A stretch of 20,000 nt of DNA from the NCBI GenBank assembly GCA_036172245.1, contig JAYWIR010000134.1:56653-76652 (forward strand). The letters are read 5' to 3'. The position numbers and the translations under genes were made by a program. Below the pieces are notes generated by a model. That model worked only from the letters and a program-made list of their open reading frames with translations, did no database searches and was not told the DNA's origin. This DNA is from Raillietiella orientalis (Eukaryota). Positions 1-11,717 of the stretch are shown piece after piece (within the stretch, counting starts at the first letter, position 1; every line of letters starts with the position of its first letter).

Positions 1-2263
1 CACATCATTCCAATTTCTTGGTTTCAGAGGTTGACTAAGAGGATTCCTACATTTAATTATGGTGGGGCACTTTTGACTCTGCGATGTTTTCACGGTAAGC
101 AGCGTTGGAATTAGAAAGCGAGTGTTTTCCTTCGATGTGATCCATTATGTGGTTAAAATTTACAACTTTTGTGAGTTTTCATCAATTCTAAATCAGGACA
201 TTTCACCAATGCACTTTTGCTCTTTCTCGCGAAGCATCCATTTGCAGTGAGCTGCAAATTCACGGAATGGAGCCGCACATCATTCCAATTTCTTGGTTTC
301 AGAGGATGACTAAGGGGATTCCTACATTTAATTATGGTGGGGCACTTTTGACTCTGCGCTGTTTTCACGGCAAGCAGCGTTCGAATTAGAAAGCGAGTGT
401 TTTCCTTCGATGTGATCCATTATGTGGTGAAAATTTAAAACTTTTGTGAGTTGTAATCAATTGCAAATCAGGACATTTCACCATTGCACTTTTGCGCTTT
501 CTGGCGAAGCATCCATTTGCAGTGAGCTGCAAATTCACGGAATGGAGCCGCACATCATTCCAATTTCTTGGTTTCAGAGGATGACTAAGAGGATTCCTAC
601 ATTTCATTATGATGGGGCACTTTTGACTCTGCGCTGTTTTCATGGCAACCAGCGTCGCAATTTGAAAGCGAGTGTTTTCCTTCGATGTGATTCATTATGT
701 GGTCAAGATTTACAACTTTTTTGAGTTGTAATCAATTCCAAATCAGTACATTTGACCATTGCACTTTTGCTCTTTCTCGCGAAGCATCCATTTGCAGTGA
801 GCTGCAAATTCACGGAGTATAGCCGAACATCATTCCAATTTCTTGGTTTCAAAGGATGACTAAGAGGATTCCTACATTTCATTATGGTGGGGCACTTTTG
901 ACTCTGCGCTGTTTTCATGGCAACCAGCGTCGGAATTAGAAAGCGAGTATTTTCCTTCGCTGTGATTCATTATGTGGTCAAAATTTACAACTTTTGTGAG
1001 TTTTCATCAATTCTAAATCAGGACATTTCACCAATGCACTTTTGCTCTTTCTCGCGAAGCATCCATTTGCAGTGAGCTGCAAATTCACGGAATGGAGCCG
1101 CACATCATTCCAATTTCTTGGTTTCAGAGGATGACTAAGAGGATTCCTACATTTCATTAGGATGGGGCACTTTTGATTCTGCGCTGTTTTCATGGCAACC
1201 AGCGTCGGAATTTGAAAGCGAGTGTTTTCCTTCGATGTGATTCATTATGTGTTCAAGATTTACAACTTTTTTGAGTTGTAATCAATTCCAAATCAGCACA
1301 TTTGACCAATGCACTTTTGCTCTTTCTCGCGAAGCATCCATTTGCAGTGAGCTGCAAATTCACGGAATGGAGCCGCACATCATTCCAATTTCTTGGTTTC
1401 AGAGGATGACTAAGAGGATTCCTACATTTCATTATGATGGGGCACTTTTGACTCTGCGCTGTTTTCATGGCAACCAGCGTCGGAATTAGAAAGCGAGTGT
1501 TTTCCTTCGATGTGATTCATTATGTGGTCAAAATTTACAACTTTTGTGAGTTGTAATCAATTCCAAATCAGTACATTTCACCATTGCACTTTTGCTCTTT
1601 CTCGCGAAGCATCCATTTGCAGTGAGGTGCAAATTCTCGGAATGGAGCCGCACATCATTCCAATTTCTTTGTTTCAGAGGATGACTAAGAGGATTCCTAC
1701 ATTTCATTATGATGGGGCACTTTTGACTCTGCGCTGTTTTCATGGCAACCAGCGTCGGAATTAGAAAGCGAGTGTTTTCCTTCGATGTGATTCATTATGT
1801 GGTAAAAATTTACAACTTTTGTGAGTTGTAATCAATTGCAAATCAGGACATTTCACCATTGCACTTTTGCGCTTTCTGGCGAAGCATCCATTTGCAGTGA
1901 GCTGCAAATTCACGGAATGGAGCCGCACATCATTCCAATTTCTTGGTTTCAGAGGATGACTAAGAGGATTCCTACATTTAATTATGGTGGGGCACTTTTG
2001 ACTCTGCGATGTTTTCACGGCAAGCAGCGTTGGAATTAGAAAGCGAGTGTTTTCCTTCGATGTGATCCATTATGTGGTCAAAATTTACAACTTTTGTGAG
2101 TTTTCATCAATTCTAAATCAGGACATTTCACCAATGCACTTTTGCTCTTTCTCGCGAAGCATCCATTTGCAGTGAGCTGCAAATTCACGGAATGGAGCCG
2201 CACATCATTCCAATTTCTTGGTTTCAGAGGATGACTAAGAGGATTCCTACATTTCATTATGGT

Positions 2264-2745
2264 GGGACACTTTTGACTCTTCGCTTTTGTTGATGGCAAG
2301 GAGCGTCGGAATTAAAAAGCGAATGTTTTCCATCGATCAGATTCACGATATGGGCAAAATTTACATCTTTTGTGGGTTGTAATTAATTCGAAATCAAAAG
2401 ATTAAGCCATTGCTCTTTTGCTCTTTCTCTCGAAACATCCATTTGCAGTGAGCTGCCAATTCACGAAATGGAGCCGCACATCATTCCAATTTCTTTGTTT
2501 CAGGGGATGACTAAGAGGATTCCTACATTTCGTTATGGTGGGGCACTTTTGACTGTGCGCGGTTTTCATGGCAACCAGCGGCGGAATTAGAAAGCGAGTA
2601 TTTTCCTTCGATGTGATTCATTATGTGGTCAAAATTAAAACTTTTGTGGGTGGTAATTAATTCGAACTCAGGAGATTAAGCCATTGCTCTTTTGCTCTTT
2701 CTTGCGAAGCATCCGTTTGAAGTGAGCTGCAAATTCACGGAGTGG
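2264..2745. repeat. Variant cassette P-Q-R, copy 1 (276-bp P tail, divergent Q monomer, 274-bp R head)
   Basis: P tail 'gggacacttttgactcttcgcttttgttgatggcaaggagcg'; Q 'cagattcacgatatgggc...aattcgaaatcaaaagattaagcc...gccaattcacgaaatgg'; R 'aaaattaaaacttttgtgggtggtaattaattcgaactcaggag...tccgtttgaag'. Confidence 0.9.
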
Positions 2746-3255
2746 AGCCGCACATCATTCCAATTTCTTGGTTTCAGAGGATGACTAAGGGGATTCCTAC
2801 ATTTAATTATGGTGGGGCACTTTTGACTCTGCGCTGTTTCCATGGCAAGCAGCGTTGGAATTAGAAAGCGAGTGTTTTCCTTCGATGTGATCGATTATGT
2901 GGTCAAAATTTACAACTTTTGTGAGTTGTAATCAATTGCAAATCAGGACATTTCACCATTGCACTTTTGCGCTTTCTGGCGAAGCATCCATTTGCAGTGA
3001 GCTGCAAATTCACGGAGTATAGCCGAACATCATTCCAATTTCTTGGTTTCAGAGGATGACTAAGAGGATTCCTACATTTCATTATGGTGGGGCACTTTTG
3101 ACTCTGCGCTGTTTTCATGGCAACCAGCGTCGGAATTAGAAAGCGAGTATTTTCCTTCGATGTGATTCATTATGTGGTCAAAATTTACAACTTTTGTGAG
3201 TTTTCATCAATTCTAAATCAGGACATTTCACCAATGCACTTTTGCTCTTTCTCGC

Positions 3256-3515
3256 GAAGCATCCATTTGCAGTGAGCTGCAAATTCACGGAATGGAGCCG
3301 CACATCATTCCAATTTCTTGGTTTCAGAGGATGACTAAGAGGATTCCTACATTTCATTAAGGATGGGGCACTTTTGACTCTCTGCGAAGCATCCATTTGC
3401 AGTGAGCTGCAAATTAACGGAATGGAGCCGCACATCATTCCAATTTCTTGGTTTCAGAGGATGACTAAGAGGATTCCTACATTTCATTAGGATGCGGCAC
3501 TTTTGATTCTGCGCT
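3256..3515. repeat. About 130-bp partial-monomer tandem duplication that breaks the 275-bp register
   Basis: 'gaagcatccatttgcagtgagc' occurs at 3256 and again at 3386. The junction 'ggggcacttttgactctctgcgaagc' (about 3365-3390) fuses the second gcacttttg motif to sequence that normally follows the first. Confidence 0.9.
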
Positions 3516-3540
3516 GTTTTCATGGCAACCAGCGTCGGAA

Positions 3541-3790
3541 TTAGAAAGCGAGTGCTTCCTTCGATGTGATTCATTATGTTCAAGATTTACAACTTTTGAG
3601 TTGTAATCAATTCCAAATCAGCACATTGACCAATACTTTTGTTTTCGCACATCCATTTGCAGTGAGCTGCAAATTCACAATGGAGTCACATCATTCCAAT
3701 TTCTTGGCTTCAGATATTAATAAGAGATTCTACATTTACTATGTTGGGCACTTTGACTCTGCGCTGTTTTCATGGCAACCAGCGTCGGAA
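3541..3790. repeat. Degenerate 250-bp monomer with many small deletions
   Basis: 'ttagaaagcg' at 3541 and 3791 are only 250 bp apart. There are scattered small deletions throughout, while the rare markers 'gttcaagattt' and 'cagcaca' of the monomer near 1250-1310 are retained. Confidence 0.88.
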
Positions 3791-5280
3791 TTAGAAAGCG
3801 AGTGTTTTCCTTCGATGTGATTCATTATGTGGTCAAAATTTACAACTTTTGTGAGTTGTAATCAATTCCAAATCAGTACATTTCACCATTGCACTTTTGC
3901 TCTTTCTCGCGAAGCATCCATTTGCAGTGAGGTGCAAATTCTCGGAATGGAGCCGCACATCATTCCAATTTCTTTGTTTCAGAGGATGACTAAGAGGATT
4001 CCTACATTTCATAATGATGGGGCACTTTTGACTCTGCGCTGTTTTCATGGCAACCAGCGTCGGAATTAGAAAGCGAGTGTTTTCCTTCGATGTGATTCAT
4101 TATGTGGTAAAAATTTACAACTTTTGTGAGTTCTAATCAATTGCAAATCAGGACATTTCACCATTGCACTTTTGCGCTTTCTGGCGAAGCATCCATTTGC
4201 AGTGAGCTGCAAATTCACGGAATGGAGCCGCACATCATTCCAATTTCTTGGTTTCAGAGGATGACTAAGAGGATTCCTACATTTAATTATGGTGGGGCAC
4301 TTTTGACTCTGCGATGTTTTCACGGCAAGCAGCGTTGGAATTAGAAAGCGAGTGTTTTCCTTCGATGTGATCCATTATGTGGTCAAAATTTACAACTTTT
4401 GTGAGTTTTCATCAATTCTAAATCAGGACATTTCACCAATGCACTTTTGCTCTTTCTCGCGAAGCATCCATTTGCAGTGAGCTGCAAATTCACGGAATGG
4501 AGCCGCACATCATTCCAATTTCTTGGTTTCAGAGGATGACTAAGAGGATTCCTACATTTCATTATGGTGGGACACTTTTGACTCTTCGCTTTTGTTGATG
4601 GCAAGGAGCGTCGGAATTAAAAAGCGAATGTTTTCCATCGATCAGATTCACGATATGGGCAAAATTTACATCTTTTGTGGGTTGTAATTAATTCGAAATC
4701 AAAAGATTAAGCCATTGCTCTTTTGCTCTTTCTCTCGAAACATCCATTTGCAGTGAGCTGCCAATTCACGAAATGGAGCCGCACATCATTCCAATTTCTT
4801 TGTTTCAGGGGATGACTAAGAGGATTCCTACATTTCGTTATGGTGGGGCACTTTTGACTGTGCGCGGTTTTCATGGCAACCAGCGGCGGAATTAGAAAGC
4901 GAGTATTTTCCTTCGATGTGATTCATTATGTGGTCAAAATTAAAACTTTTGTGGGTGGTAATTAATTCGAACTCAGGAGATTAAGCCATTGCTCTTTTGC
5001 TCTTTCTTGCGAAGCATCCGTTTGAAGTGAGCTGCAAATTCACGGAGTGGAGCCGCACATCATTCCAATTTCTTGGTTTCAGAGGATGACTAAGGGGATT
5101 CCTACATTTAATTATGGTGGGGCACTTTTGACTCTGCGCTGTTTCCATGGCAAGCAGCGTTGGAATTAGAAAGCGAGTGTTTTCCTTCGATGTGATCGAT
5201 TATGTGGTCAAAATTTACAACTTTTGTGAGTTGTAATCAATTGCAAATCAGGACATTTCACCATTGCACTTTTGCGCTTT
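3791..5280. repeat. Near-identical duplicate of 1486-2975 (offset 2305 bp), including P-Q-R cassette copy 2 at 4569-5050
   Basis: ORF track pairs 1528/3833, 1761/4066, 2078/4383 and 2903/5208 are all 2305 apart. The private variants 'ttttccatcgatcag', 'gactgtgcgcgg' and 'cagcggcgga' were seen only in these two copies. Confidence 0.9.
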
Positions 5281-6767
5281 CTCGCGAAGCATCCATTTGC
5301 AGTGAGCTGCAAATTAACGGAATGGAGCCGCACATCATTCCAATTTCTTGGTTTCAAAGGATGACTAAGAGGATTCCTACATTTCATTATGGTGGGGCAC
5401 GTTTGACTCTGCGCTGTTTTCATGGCAACCAGCGTCGGAATTAGAAAGCGAGTATTTTCCTTCGATGTGATTCATTATGTGGTCAAAATTAAAACTTTTG
5501 TGGGTGGTAATTAATTCGAACTCAGGAGATTAAGCCATTGCTCTTTTGCTCTTTCTTGCGAAGCATCCGTTTGAAGTGAGCTGCAAATTCACGGAATGGA
5601 GCCGCACATCATTCCAATTTCTTGGTTTCAGAGGATGACGAAGAGGATTCCTACATTTCATTATGATGGGTCACTTTTGATTGTGCGCTGTTTTCATGGC
5701 AACCAGCGTCGGAATTTGAAAGCGAGTCTTTTCCTTCGATGTGATTCATTATGTGGTCAAGATTTACAACTTTCTTGAGTTGTAATCAATTCCAAATCAG
5801 TACATTTGACCATTGCACGTTTGCTCTTTCTCGCGAAGCATCCATTTGCAGTGAGCTGCAAATTCACGGAGTATAACCGAACATCATTCCAATTTCTTGG
5901 TTTCAAAGGATGACTAAGAGGATTCCTACATTTCATTATGGTGGGGCACTTTTGACTCTGCGCTGTTTTCATTGCAACCAGCGTCGGAATTTGAAAGCGA
6001 GTGTTTTCCTTCGATGTGATTCATTATGTGGTCAAGATTTACAACTTTTTTGAGTTGTAATCAATTCCAAATCAGTACATTTGACCATTGCACTTTTGCT
6101 CTTTCTCGCGAAGCATCCATTTGCAGTGAGCTGCAAATTCACGGAATGGAGCCGCACATCATTCCAATTTCTTGGTTTCAGAGGATGACTAAGAGGATTC
6201 CTACATTTCATTATGATGGGGCACTTTTGACTCTGCGCTGTTTTCATGGCAACCAGCGTCGGAATTAGAAAGCGAGTGTTTTCCTTCGATGTGATTCATT
6301 ATGTGGTCAAAATTTACAACTTTTGTGAGTTGTAATCAATTCCAAATCAGTACATTTCACCATTGCACTTTTTCTCTTTCTCGCGAAGCATCCATTTGCA
6401 GTGAGGTGCAAATTCTCGGAATGGAGCCGAACATCATTCCAATTTCTTGGTTTCAGAGGATGACTAAGAGGATTCCTACATTTCATTATGATGGGGCACT
6501 TTTGATTCTGCGCTGTGTACATGGCAACCAGCGTCGGAATTTGAAAGCGAGTGTTTTCCTTCGATGTGATTCATTATGTGGTCAAAATTTACAACTTTTG
6601 TGAGTTTTCATCAATTCTAAATCAGGACATTTCACCAATGCACTTTTGCTCTTTCTCGCGAAGCATCCATTTGCAGTGAGCTGCAAATTCAGGGAATGGA
6701 GCCGCACATCATTCCAATTTCTTGGTTTCAGAGGATGACTAAGAGGATTCCTACATTTCATTATGGT

Positions 6768-7249
6768 GGGACACTTTTGACTCTTCGCTTTTGTTGATGG
6801 CAAGGAGCGTCGGAATTAAAAAGCGAATGTTTTCCTTCGATCAGATTCACGATATGGGCGAAATTTACATCTTTTGTGGGTTGTAATTAATTCGAAATCA
6901 AAAGATTAAGCCATTGCTCTTTTGCTCTTTCTCTCGAAACAACCATTTGCAGTGAGCTGCCAATTCACGAAATGGAGCCGCACATCATTCCAATTTCTTT
7001 GTTTCAGGGGATGACTAAGAGGATTCCTACATTTCGTTATGGTGGGGCACTTTTGACTCTGCGCGGTTTTCATGGCAACCAGCGTCGGAATTAGAAAGCG
7101 AGTATTTTCCTTCGATGTGATTCATTATCTGGTCAAAATTGAAACTTTTGTGGGTGGTAATTAATTCGAACTCAGGAGATTAAGCCATTGCTCGTTTGCT
7201 CTTTCTTGCGAAGCATCCGTTTGAATTGAGCTGCAAATTCACGGAGTGG
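6768..7249. repeat. Variant cassette P-Q-R, copy 3
   Basis: Same P, Q and R diagnostic strings, with extra variants (aaacaacc, attatctggtc, gctcgtttgc). Confidence 0.88.
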
Positions 7250-9792
7250 AGCCGCACATCATCCCAATTCCTTGGTTTCAGAGGATGACTAAGAGGATTC
7301 CCACATTTCATTATGATGGGGCACTTTTGACTCTGCGCTGTTTTCATGGCAACCAGCGTCGGAATTAGAAAGCGAGTGTTTTCCTTCGATGTGATCCATT
7401 ATGTGGTCAAAATTTACAACTTTTGTGAGTTGTAATCAATTGCAAATCAGGACATTTCACCATTGCATTTTTGCGCTTTCTGGCGAAGCATCCATTTGCA
7501 GTGAGCTGCAAATTCACGGAATGGAGCCGCACATCATTCCAATTTCTTGGTTTCAGAGGATGATTAAGAGGATTCCTACATTTCATTATGATGGGGCACT
7601 TTTGACTCTGCGCTGTTTTCATGGCAACCAGCGTCGGAATTAGAAAGCGAGTGTTTTCCTTCGATGTGATTCATTATGTGGTCAAAATTTACAACTTTTG
7701 TGAGTTGTAATCAATTCCAAATCAGTACATTTCACCATTGCACTTTTGCTCTTTCTCGCGAAGCATCCATTTGCAGTGAGGTGCAAATTCTCGGAATGGA
7801 GCCGCACATCATTCCAATTTCTTGGTTTCAGGGGATGACTAAGAGGATTCCTACATTTCGTTATGGGGGGCACTTTTGACTCTGCGCGGTTTTCATGGCA
7901 ACCAGCGTCGGAATTAGAAAGCGAGTATTTTCCTTCGATGTGATTGATTATGTGGTCAAGATTTACAACTTTTGTGAGTTGTAATCAACTGCAAATCAGG
8001 ACATTTCACCATTGCACTTTTGCTCTTTCTCGCGAAGCATCCATTTGCAGTGAGCTGCAAATTCACGGAGTATAGCCGAACATCATTTAAATTTCTTGGT
8101 TTCAGAGGATGACTAAGGGGATTCCTACATTTAATTATGGTGGGGCAATTTTGACTCTGCGCTGTTTCCATGGCAAGCAGCGTTGGAATTAGAAAGCGAG
8201 TGTTTTCCTTCGATGTGATCGATTATGTGGTCAGAATTTACAACTTTTGTGAGTTGTAATCAATTGCAAATCAGGACATTTCACCATTGCACTTTTGCGC
8301 TTTCTGGCGAAGCATCCATTTGCAGTGAGCTGCAAATTCACGGAATGGAGCCGCACATCATTCCAATTTCTTGGCTTCAGAGGATGACTAAGAGGATTCC
8401 TACATTTCATTATGGTGGGGCATTTTTGACTCTGCGCTGTTTTCATGGCAACCAGCGTCGGAATTAGAAAGCGAGTATTTTTTTTTCGATGTGATTCATT
8501 ATGTGGTCAAAATTTACAACTTTTGTGAGTTTTCATCAATTCTAAATCAGGACATTTCACCAATGCACTTTTGCTCTTTCTCGGGAAGCATCCATTTGCA
8601 GTGAGCTGCAAATTCACGGAATGGAGCCGCACATCATTCCAATTTCTTGGTTTCAGAGGATGACTAAGAGGATTCCTACATTTCATTATGATGGGGCACT
8701 TTTGATTCTGCGCTGTTTTCATGGCAACCAGCGTCGGAATTTGAAAGCGAGTGTTTTCCTTCGATGTGATTCATTATGTGGTCAAGATTTACAACTTTTT
8801 TGAGTTGTAATCAATTCCAAATCAGTACATTTGACCATTGCACTTTTGCTCTTTCTCGCGAAGCATCCATTTGCAGTGAGCTGCAAATTCACGGAATGGA
8901 GCCGCACATCATTCCAATTTCTTGTTTTCAGAGGATGACTAAGAGGATTCCTACATTTCATTATGATGGGGCACTTTTGACTCTGCGCTGTTTTCATGGC
9001 AACCAGCGTCGGAATTAGAAAGCGAGTGTTTTCCTTCGATGTGATTCATTATGTGGTCAAAATTTACAACTTTTTTGAGTTGTAATCAATTCCAAATCAG
9101 TACATTTCACCATTGCACTTTTGCTCTTTCTCGCGAAGCATCCATTTGCAGTGAGGTGCAAATTCTCGGAATGGAGCCGCACATCATTCCAATTTCTTTG
9201 TTTCATAGGATGACTAAGAGGATTCCTACATTTCATTATGATGGGGCACTTTTGACTCTGCGCTGTGTTCATGGCAACCAGCGTCGGAATTAGAAAGCGA
9301 GTGTTTTCCTTCGATGTGATTCATTATGTGGTAAAAATTTACAACTTTTGTGAGTTGTAATCAATTCCAAATCAGTACATTTCACCATTGCACTTTTGCT
9401 CTTTCTCGCAAAGCATCCATTTGCAGTGAGCTGCAAATTCACGGAATGGAGCCGAACATCATTCCAATTTCTTGGTTTCAGAGGATGACTAAGAGAATTC
9501 CTACATTTCATTATGATGGGGCACTTTTGATTCTGCGCTGTTTACATGGCAACCAGCGTCGGAATTTGAAAGCGAGTGTTTTCCTTCGTTGTGATTCATT
9601 ATGTGGTCAAAATTTAAAACTTTTGTTAGTTGTAATCAATTCTAAATCAGGACATTTCACCAATGCACTTTTGCTCTTTCTCGCGAAGCATCCATTTGCA
9701 GTGAGCTGCAAATTCAGGGAATGGAGCCGCACATCATTCCAATTTCTTGGTTTCAGAGGATGACTAAGAGGATTCCTACATTTCATTATGGT

Positions 9793-10274
9793 GGGACACT
9801 TTTGACTCTTCGCTTTTGTTGATGGCAAGGAGCGTCGGAATTAAAAAGCGAATGTTTTCCTTCGATCAGATTCACGATGTGGGCGAAATTTACATCTTTT
9901 GTGGGTTGTAATTAATTCGAAATCAAAAGATTAAGCCATTGCTCTTTTGCTCTTTCTCTCGAAACATCCATTTGCAGTGAGCTGCCAATTCACGAAATGG
10001 AGCCGCACATCATTCCAATTTCTTTGTTTCAGGGGATGACTAAGAGGATTCCTACATTTCGTTATGGTGGGGCACTTTTGACTCTGCGCGGTTTTCATGG
10101 CAACCAGCGTCGGAATTAGAAAGCGAGGATTTTCCTTCGATGTGATTCATTATGTGGTCAAAATTAAAACTTTTGTGGGTGGTAATTAATTCGAACTCAG
10201 GAGATTAAGCCATTGCTCTTTTGCTCTTTCTTGCGAAGCATCCGTTTGAAGTGAGCTGCAAATTCACGGAGTGG
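9793..10274. repeat. Variant cassette P-Q-R, copy 4
   Basis: Same P, Q and R diagnostic strings, with 'gaggattttcc' at the Q/R boundary. Confidence 0.88.
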
Positions 10275-11180
10275 AGCCGCACATCATTCCAATTTCTTGG
10301 TTTCAGAGGATGACTAAGGGGATTCCTACATTTAATTATGGTGGGGCACTTTTGACTCTGCGCTGTTTCCATGGCAAGCAGCGTTGGAATTAGAAAGCGA
10401 GTGTTTTCCTTCGATGTGATCGATTATGTGGTAAAAATTTACAACTTTTGTGAGTTGTAATCAATTGCAAATCAGGACATTTCACCATTGCACTTTTGCG
10501 CTTTCTGGCGAAGCATCCATTTGCAGTGAGCTGCAAATTCACGGAGTATAGCCGAACATCATTCCAATTTCTTGGTTTCAGAGGATGACTAAGGGGATTC
10601 CTACATTTAATTATGGTGGGGCAGTTTTGACTCTGCGCTGTTTTCACGGCAAGCAGCGTTCGAAATAGAAAGCGAGTGTTTTCCTTCGATGTGATTTATT
10701 ATGTGGTGAAAATTTACAACTTTTGTGAGTTGTAATCAATTCCAAATCAGTACATTTCACCATTGCACTTTTGCGCTTTCTCGCGAAGCATCCATTTGCA
10801 GTGAGCTGCAAATTCACGGAATGGAGCCGCACCTCATTCCAATTTCTTGGTTTCAGTGGATGACTAAGAGGATTCCTACATTTCATTATGGTGGGGCACT
10901 TTTAACTCTGCGCTGTTTTCATAACAACCAGCGTCGGAATTAGAAAGCGAGTATTTTCCTTCGCTGTGATTCATTATGTGGTCAAAATTTACAACTTTTG
11001 TGAGTTTTCATCAATTCTAAATCAGGACATTTCAGCAATGCACTTTTGCTCTTTCTCGCGAAGCATCCATTTGCAGTGAGCTGCAAATTAACGGAATGGA
11101 GCCGCACATCATTCCAATTTCTTGGTTTTAGAGGATGACTAAGAGGATTCCTACATTTCATCATGATGGGGCACTTTTGA

Positions 11181-11340
11181 CTCTGTGCTGTTTTCATGGC
11201 AACCAGCTTCGGAATTAGAAAGCGAATGGTTTCCTTCGAACTCAATCATTATCTGGTCAAAATTCACATCTTTTTTGGGTTGTAATTAATTCGTACTCAG
11301 GTGATTAAACTATTGCTCTTTGGCTCTATCTTGCGAAGCA
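11181..11340. repeat. Rare variant monomer S, copy 1
   Basis: 'cagcttcggaattagaaagcgaatggtttccttcgaactcaatcattatctggtcaaaattcacatc...tcgtactcaggtgattaaactattgctctttggctctatc'. Confidence 0.88.
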
Positions 11341-11717
11341 TCCATTTGCAGTGAGCTGGAAATTCACGGAGTATAGCCGAACATCATTCCAATTTCTTGG
11401 TTTCAAAGGATGACTAAGAGGATTCCTACATTTCATTATGGTGGGGCACTTTTGACTCTGCGCTGTTTTCATGGCAACCAGCGTCGGTATTAGAAAGCGA
11501 GTATTTTCCTTCGCTGTGATTCATTATGTGGTCAAAATTTACAACTTTTGTGAGTTTTCATCAATTCTAAATCAGGACATTTCACCAATGCACTTTTGCT
11601 CTTTCTCGCGAAGCATCCATTTGCAGTGAGCTGCAAATTCACGGAATGGAGCCGCACATCATTCCAATTTCTTGGTTTCAGAGGATGACTAAGAGGATTC
11701 CTACATTTCATTATGGT

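Noticed and set aside
98..140. CENP-B box-like strings ('gcgttggaa', 'cttcgatgtga')
   Set aside because: These do not satisfy the essential TTCG....A..CGGG pattern; the resemblance is partial only.
240..259. Octamer (ATTTGCAT)-like regulatory sites within the dyad
   Set aside because: The match is 7/8 only (ATTTGCAG) with no associated transcription unit, so it is not supportable as a promoter element.
286..297. 'aatttcttgg' resembles an Sm-binding site, suggesting a tandem snRNA or spliced-leader RNA gene array
   Set aside because: It is a short T-rich motif expected by chance here. I recognised no SL exon/donor or U-snRNA, 5S or tRNA structure, and no consistent Pol III A/B boxes.
296..330. 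Satellite-encoded hammerhead ribozyme, as in newt, schistosome and cricket satellites
   Set aside because: I found no CUGANGA core on either strand ('ctaagag' is the closest) and no matching stems with GAAA. An Infernal/Rfam scan would be decisive.
2712..2741. Alternative stem in R monomers (tccgt...acgga) that might compensate for the broken dyad
   Set aside because: It has only about 5 bp plus a bulged 3 bp, too weak to distinguish from chance.
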